Part shown: in pieces, positions 58,769 through 64,000 of the stretch
How positions within the stretch are numbered: the first letter of the stretch is position 1
How the letters are laid out: each line of letters opens with the position of its first letter
NCBI GenBank assembly: GCA_965199495.1
Contig: CBDASK010000003.1
Location: 1,536,001-1,600,000 of the forward strand
Source: Abditibacterium sp.
Lineage (GTDB): Bacteria > Armatimonadota > Abditibacteriia > Abditibacteriales > Abditibacteriaceae
DNA: 64,000 nt
Reading direction: 5' to 3'
Made by a program: the position numbers and the translations under genes
The notes under the pieces: model-generated
Told to the model about the DNA's origin: nothing
Databases searched by the model: none
Seen by the model: the letters and a program-made list of their open reading frames with translations, nothing else

Positions 58769-59794
58769 ATGAAATCTGCCCAATTGTTTGTTGCCGCTTT
58801 ATCGCTTACGAGCGTCAATGCGTTTGCCCAACCCAATCCGGTTGCGGCGCCGATGGTCGCGCCCAAACCTATTTTAGCGCCGATTGATGGGACGAATTGG
58901 AGCGCGATAGCCGTGCGCAACGTGCCACCTTCACTTATCGCATGGCAACTCGACCAAAAACACAACGCGATGCCCGCGTTTTTCAACATGCCTTACGCGC
59001 CGCCGACAAAATATGCGGCGGATTATAAAGCGCCGCCTCAGACGAAAAACCCGTTCGATTTAGCCGATGAAACGCGTTTGGTGGCGTCCGATGAACAAAA
59101 ATTATTGTTTGTTGGCGGAGGCGACACGCAGCAAATCGCGAAAGTGCGCGAATTGGTTTCGATGTTCGACCAACCGTTGCGCCATGTCGAAATCGAGGCG
59201 CGGTTTGTTCAGTTATCGAATGTGGAACTGAAAGAATTTGGGATTGTCGCCGATGCAGCCACGCCGGGCACGCCCGGCGTGGCTGCACCAATCGAAGGCG
59301 CGATTTCACTCGGTTTCGTGCGCGGCGATTTTCAAAAGCGATTGGACGAAATGGTCGCCGATGGCAAAGCCAAAGTGATTTCGACCAAACCGCAAATCCT
59401 CACTAACAACATGGGCCTCACGATTTCGCTGCTTTCTGGCCCGATTGATAATACCGGCGCCAATCAGAATAAACGTCCTGCCGCGCCCGCCAACGGCACC
59501 GATACGATTTTCACCGTGACGCCGACAATTAACGGCGACGGTACCATCACCGTTTTGATGAATATCGCGACCTTGCCCGTAACTGCGAATTATTTGGGAT
59601 TGGAGACCGTTGCCAACATGCGCAACGGCGATACAATCGCGTTGATGGGTCTAAAGTCGTCGGTGATTCCAAGCGCGATGAGGAATGATAAAATTTCGAT
59701 ATATGGAAATATTCCTGATATTGGTTCGTTATTCCGCTCGAAAAATGTCGTGATGTTTGTGACCGCACGCATCGTGCGCGATGACGAAAAATAA
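58769..59794 (+). CDS. Short secretin-like protein 1
   Basis: Signal peptide; FDQPLRHVEIEARFV, AKVISTKP, VTPTINGDGTI, NGDTIAL.G, IPDIGSLFRS, MFVTARIV. Confidence 0.8.
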   Translation: MKSAQLFVAALSLTSVNAFAQPNPVAAPMVAPKPILAPIDGTNWSAIAVRNVPPSLIAWQLDQKHNAMPAFFNMPYAPPTKYAADYKAPPQTKNPFDLADETRLVASDEQKLLFVGGGDTQQIAKVRELVSMFDQPLRHVEIEARFVQLSNVELKEFGIVADAATPGTPGVAAPIEGAISLGFVRGDFQKRLDEMVADGKAKVISTKPQILTNNMGLTISLLSGPIDNTGANQNKRPAAPANGTDTIFTVTPTINGDGTITVLMNIATLPVTANYLGLETVANMRNGDTIALMGLKSSVIPSAMRNDKISIYGNIPDIGSLFRSKNVVMFVTARIVRDDEK

Positions 59795-59845
59795 TGCGCA
59801 ACATTCTGCGATAACTGTAATCGAATTTGAGTCCGATAATTTCTT

Positions 59846-60745
59846 ATGAAACATCTTCCTCTCCTCGCGCTTGTGGGCGCCGTCACGTTTTTGGGCACAA
59901 CTGCGGGCACTTTCGCGCAAACGGCGCAGCCGCCAGCGCCCGCGAAAACCGAGAAAGCGCCGGAATTAATGCGCACCATAAAAATAAAAAACGTGCCTTC
60001 GGCGTTAATCGCTTACTGGCTCGATCCCAAACACAATGCGCGTCCTGCCGCTTTGGGCGAAGTGAACTCAAACCGTTATGGCGCACCGCGCGAAGCCGAA
60101 GAGAAGGGCGCGTTTACGTTGCCCGGCGACATCAGACAAGTCGTTTCGGTTGACCCGCAAAACGTGATTTTAGTGGCGGGCGGCAGCAAAGAAGATATGA
60201 ACCGATTGGAAGAGTTAATTGACGTGTTGGATCAGCCGCTTCGACAAGTCGAAATCGCGGCACAGTTCGTCGAGATGAACACCGCCGATGTGAGCCAGTT
60301 CGGCATTGACACTAACGTTGCGGGCAAAGGGGACATTGGCTTTGTGCGCAGTAATTTTAACGCGCAGTTGAATAAGCTCATCGGTGAAGGAAGAGCGAAA
60401 GTCGTTTCGGCCCCGCGCGTGACCGCTATCAATAATGTGCCCGCGACGATCAATGCAGCCACGCCACCGACGAATGGAAAGACACCGAAATGGGTTTATA
60501 ATCTCACGCCAACCATCAATGGCGACGATACGATCACGATTTTATTCCAGCCCGTCGCGGAAAAAGGGGGAATCGAAACCGTTGCCAATGTCCGCGATGG
60601 CGATACCATCACGATGATTGTGCAAGCCACTCCGCAAACGACAGATGCGATAAACGCTCTCCCCGCATTAAAGACAACTCTGGTGTTTCTCACTACCCGC
60701 ATCATTTGGCGCGCCGGGGAAAAATTATCTGTTGCGGGGAAATGA
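59846..60745 (+). CDS. Short secretin-like protein 2
   Basis: LDQPLRQVEIAAQFVE, AKVVSAPRVTAINN.PA.I, LTPTINGDDTI, VRDGDT. Confidence 0.8.
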   Translation: MKHLPLLALVGAVTFLGTTAGTFAQTAQPPAPAKTEKAPELMRTIKIKNVPSALIAYWLDPKHNARPAALGEVNSNRYGAPREAEEKGAFTLPGDIRQVVSVDPQNVILVAGGSKEDMNRLEELIDVLDQPLRQVEIAAQFVEMNTADVSQFGIDTNVAGKGDIGFVRSNFNAQLNKLIGEGRAKVVSAPRVTAINNVPATINAATPPTNGKTPKWVYNLTPTINGDDTITILFQPVAEKGGIETVANVRDGDTITMIVQATPQTTDAINALPALKTTLVFLTTRIIWRAGEKLSVAGK

Positions 60746-60821
60746 AATCTTGAGATTAAAAACCGAATAAATTTCGGTTTTTCCCTTATGCTGTTAGTTG
60801 CAAGTTACCAAATTTACTACC

Positions 60822-61769
60822 ATGAAACAAATCACTCTCGTCGCCCTGTTGGGCGTGGCTGCATTGCAGGGAACAACGATGGGCGTTTGGGCGCAAACAG
60901 CGCCCACGATGCCCGCAACCAAACAAGACGCGAAAGTGAACTTGCATTATTTTCGCTTGAAAAACGTCCAGCCTTCGTTGATGGCGTATTGGATCGATCC
61001 AGACCATAATCCGCTTCCCAACGATTCGGACAGAGACGCTCATATATATGGCTCGCTCAAACAGTACTGGCCCGATGCCACGCTGAGCAATGAGAAGGAG
61101 GAACGGAGATTTAAACTTCCGGCGAACGTCGGTCGAGCCATCGCCTCCGACGAACATGACGTTTTATCGGTCGAAGTTGACGATGCCGATGTGGAACCGC
61201 TCCGGGAGTTGCTCAACTCTTTGGATCAACCGCTTCGCCGAATCGAAATCGAAGCGCAGTTCGTCGAAATGGACAAAGCGGATTTGAAAAAGTTCGACCT
61301 TGATATAGCATTAGGGAATGACAATCATGGCATGAGCGCCGGTCTCATGGGCGATAATTTCGCATCCACGCTGAACGAGCTGGTGGCTCAAAACAAGGTG
61401 AAGATTATCGCGGCGCCACGCGTAAACGCCGTTGATAACGTCATCGCGCAACTTGGAGATTCCGAAAGGCGCCCGATTCTTTCCAAGTCAAACGCCATGC
61501 AAGCAAGGCTTGAGTTTTCGACGAACAAGTTGTGGCTCAACATCGAGCCGACGATTAACCCCGATAATTCGTTGGCTTTGCGCTATCGTGCTTTTCGGCA
61601 AACTTATTTAAGTGCCGTAGAAAAGTCTGGTCAAGGACAAATCGCTGGCGTCTCCGACGGCGCCACGTTCGTTATTAGAAACCCGTTGCTTAGCAATAAA
61701 TCCGAAACCCAATCCGCGCGAGAAACCGTCGTATTTGTGACTCCGCGTATCGTGCACAAAGGTAGATAA
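60822..61769 (+). CDS. Short secretin-like protein 3
   Basis: LDQPLRRIEIEAQFVE, KIIAAPRV...N, IEPTINPD, ETVVFVTPRIV. Confidence 0.8.
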   Translation: MKQITLVALLGVAALQGTTMGVWAQTAPTMPATKQDAKVNLHYFRLKNVQPSLMAYWIDPDHNPLPNDSDRDAHIYGSLKQYWPDATLSNEKEERRFKLPANVGRAIASDEHDVLSVEVDDADVEPLRELLNSLDQPLRRIEIEAQFVEMDKADLKKFDLDIALGNDNHGMSAGLMGDNFASTLNELVAQNKVKIIAAPRVNAVDNVIAQLGDSERRPILSKSNAMQARLEFSTNKLWLNIEPTINPDNSLALRYRAFRQTYLSAVEKSGQGQIAGVSDGATFVIRNPLLSNKSETQSARETVVFVTPRIVHKGR

Positions 61770-61771
61770 CA

Positions 61772-61812
61772 ATAAAAAGGCCGCAGAACATGAGTTCTGC
61801 GGCCTTTTTTTA
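61772..61812. terminator. Bidirectional terminator
   Basis: AAAAAGGCCGCAGAAC-atga-GTTCTGCGGCCTTTTTT. Confidence 0.85.
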
Positions 61813-61822
61813 TATTTTTCTA

Positions 61823-62842
61823 TCAGCCACCGCAACACGAACTCGCCGCCGATTCCGGTTTGCTGGCGACGGTTTCGACTTCAAAGCCCGCCGCTTCGAT
61901 CCAAGCAGCCACGTCGGTGTGATGTTCGCCGGGCGTTGTCAAATAACCGTCAACGAAGAGCGAATTGGCGGGCCACAAAACGCGATGTTGCAATTCGCCC
62001 AAACGTTCGCGCCCGGCGGCGGCGCGGACTTCGGCGCGCGGGTTGGAAAAGCGCATCAGCGACATCACGCGCAGGGCGTGTTGCGCGCTCGTCGGTTGCG
62101 CGATTTGCAAGGGCACGCCTTTGATGCGAATTAAAACGTTAATCGGGATGCTCTCGATTTCCATTTCGCGCAACTGAAAAGCCATATCAATCAAATCGTC
62201 CACGCTTTCGCCCATGCCGACGATGCCGCCCGCGCAGGTATGAAGTCCGGCGCTTTGCACATTGCGAATCGTGTTCAAACGGTCGTCGTAGGTGTGCGTC
62301 GAGCAAATTTTGGGATAGTGATTTTCGCCGGTATTGAGATTATGATTGACGTAATCCACGCCCGCCGCTTTCAAGTCGCGGCATTTTTGCGCGTCCAACA
62401 AGCCCAGACTGGTGCAAATTTCGAGATGGCAAAGTTCGGGCGTGTCGCGAATTTCGGCGATGGCGTTGCCCAGATGTTCGATGTCGCGCGCCGTGGCTCC
62501 GCGCGCGGCGATGGCCATGCAAAAACGCGTGGCGCCCGCGTCAACGGCGGCGCGCGCGCGTTCGACGATTTTTTCTTGGGGCAACAGCCGGTATTTTTGC
62601 ACGGGCGCCGTCGAAATTTTCGATTGCGAACAGTAGCCGCAATCTTCCGGGCAGATGCCGCTTTGCGCGTTGAGCAGCAAACATAATTTGACGCGGCGCC
62701 CGTAATGATGCTCGCGCACGCGCAGGGCGGCGTCTAAAATCGCATCGAGATCGTCGTCGGGCGCGCACAAAACGGCGTGGGCTTGGTCGCGCGTCAGGGG
62801 TTCGTCGCGCAGGGCTTTGTCGGCGAGGGTTTGAAAATCCAC
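61823..62842 (-). CDS. bioB: Biotin synthase
   Basis: CPEDCGYCSQS, NHNLNT, THTYDDR, GGIVGMGE, SIPIN. Confidence 0.95.
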   Translation of the reverse strand: MDFQTLADKALRDEPLTRDQAHAVLCAPDDDLDAILDAALRVREHHYGRRVKLCLLLNAQSGICPEDCGYCSQSKISTAPVQKYRLLPQEKIVERARAAVDAGATRFCMAIAARGATARDIEHLGNAIAEIRDTPELCHLEICTSLGLLDAQKCRDLKAAGVDYVNHNLNTGENHYPKICSTHTYDDRLNTIRNVQSAGLHTCAGGIVGMGESVDDLIDMAFQLREMEIESIPINVLIRIKGVPLQIAQPTSAQHALRVMSLMRFSNPRAEVRAAAGRERLGELQHRVLWPANSLFVDGYLTTPGEHHTDVAAWIEAAGFEVETVASKPESAASSCCGG

Positions 62843-62865
62843 GCATCAAATTATAACGCGTATTC

Positions 62866-63072
62866 GGAATCGCATAACTCACACCCCCTCTGTCCTTGGG
62901 ATCCGCCCAAGGGGCACCCGCCCCCTCCGAAAGGGGGAGAGGCGCTTTTACCGTTCATTACTCGCGTTTGTTTTGGCGATGTCGAAGGTCAAACCGCCTC
63001 TCCCCCTTCGGAGGGGGCGGGTGCCCCTTGGGCGGATCCCAAGGACAGAGGGGGTGTGAGTTATGCGATTCC
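62866..63072. repeat. Long GC-rich palindrome (~78-bp arms)
   Basis: GGAATCGCATAACTCACACCCCCTCTGTCC..GGGGGAGAGGCG and a near-perfect reverse complement. Confidence 0.9.
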
Positions 63073-63126
63073 AACCAACTCTAATTTTCTACGCGCCATT
63101 AAACTAAACCGCCAACGAAAACCTTG

Positions 63127-64000
63127 ATGAAAATCCTGCTGCAACCGCAAACCGCCGTGACCTGCGACGCCGACTTTCGCGTCATCGAAAACGCCGCGAT
63201 TCATATCGAAAATGGCCGCATTACCTATATCGGCGAACGCCAAAACGCGCCCGATTTTGCGCCCGACGAAACCGTCGGCGGCGCGCATTTGATCGCGATG
63301 CCGGGTTTAATCAACACGCACACGCACGCGGCGATGACTTTGGTGCGCGGCTATGCCGACGACATGGCTTTAGAACCGTGGCTGCAAGGGAAAATTTGGC
63401 CTTACGAAGCGAATTTACAGGCGCATCACATTTATAAAGGCACGCAGTTGGCCGCCGCCGAAATGATTCGCGGCGGCACGACGATGTGCGCCGATATGTA
63501 TTTTCACTACGATGAAGGCGCGCGCGCCTTTCTGGAAAGCGGGATGCGCGCGGCGCCCGCCGCGACGTTGCTGGGTTTTTTGCCCGGTGCCGACCAGAAA
63601 ATCGCCGACGGCATCGCGTGGGCGCGCAATTGGCGCGGCGCGGGCGAGGGCCGCATCACGCCGCTGTTGGCGCCGCATTCGCTTTATACCTGCGACCGCG
63701 CGCAGTGGGAGAAAATCGTCGTCGGGGCGCACGAATACGACATTCAAATCACCACGCACGTCAGCGAAACGCGGCGCGAGAACGCCGACGTGGCTGCTTC
63801 GTGGGGCGCCTCGCCGATTCAATCATTGTTCCAAATCGGCGCGCTCGAACAACCATTGTTGGCCGCGCACTGCGTTTATACCGACGAGCGCGACCGCGAA
63901 ATTATGGCGAATACGCCGTTTTTCGTGGCGCATAATCCCCAGTCGAATTTGAAGTTGGGTTCGGGCATCGCGCCGATTCCCAATTATCGCGCGCGCGGCA
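63127..64000 (+). CDS. mtaD: MTA/SAH deaminase-type amidohydrolase, 3'-truncated; absent from the ORF track
   Basis: Own translation: MKILLQP..MPGLINTHTHAAMTLVRGYADD..APHSLYT..HVSE..AAHCV..HNPQSNLKLGSG. Confidence 0.85.
   Translation, partial: MKILLQPQTAVTCDADFRVIENAAIHIENGRITYIGERQNAPDFAPDETVGGAHLIAMPGLINTHTHAAMTLVRGYADDMALEPWLQGKIWPYEANLQAHHIYKGTQLAAAEMIRGGTTMCADMYFHYDEGARAFLESGMRAAPAATLLGFLPGADQKIADGIAWARNWRGAGEGRITPLLAPHSLYTCDRAQWEKIVVGAHEYDIQITTHVSETRRENADVAASWGASPIQSLFQIGALEQPLLAAHCVYTDERDREIMANTPFFVAHNPQSNLKLGSGIAPIPNYRARG

Noticed and set aside
1..64000. CRISPR array or integron cassette array
   Set aside because: No regularly spaced direct repeats, cas genes, integrase or convincing attC sites seen.

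Overview
A 64 kb, moderately GC-rich bacterial chromosome segment. The gene repertoire (DUF1559/H-X9-DG pilin-like protein, Ycf45-type ATPase, TolC/RND, secretins) suggests a diderm, possibly Armatimonadota/Abditibacteriota; this is inference only. It holds housekeeping genes (intein-containing class II RNR, pyrE, prmA, sod, hisA/hisF/hisI, pepF, dapF, metY, bioB, mtaD, a sigma-70 factor), CAZymes, an RND efflux operon, a RAYT transposase bounded by perfect 24-bp inverted repeats, and several families of long intergenic palindromes. Most notable: (1) a non-palindromic motif CGTGGCTGC found at least 24 times on both strands inside genes, resembling a DNA-uptake or other genome-wide signal; (2) an unannotated 4-tRNA cluster (Gln, Asn and two short-variable-arm Leu) behind a promoter, a uORF rich in the codons these tRNAs read, and a terminator, which looks like an attenuator; (3) three tandem miniature secretin-like genes. 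All calls were made by eye; no searches were run.
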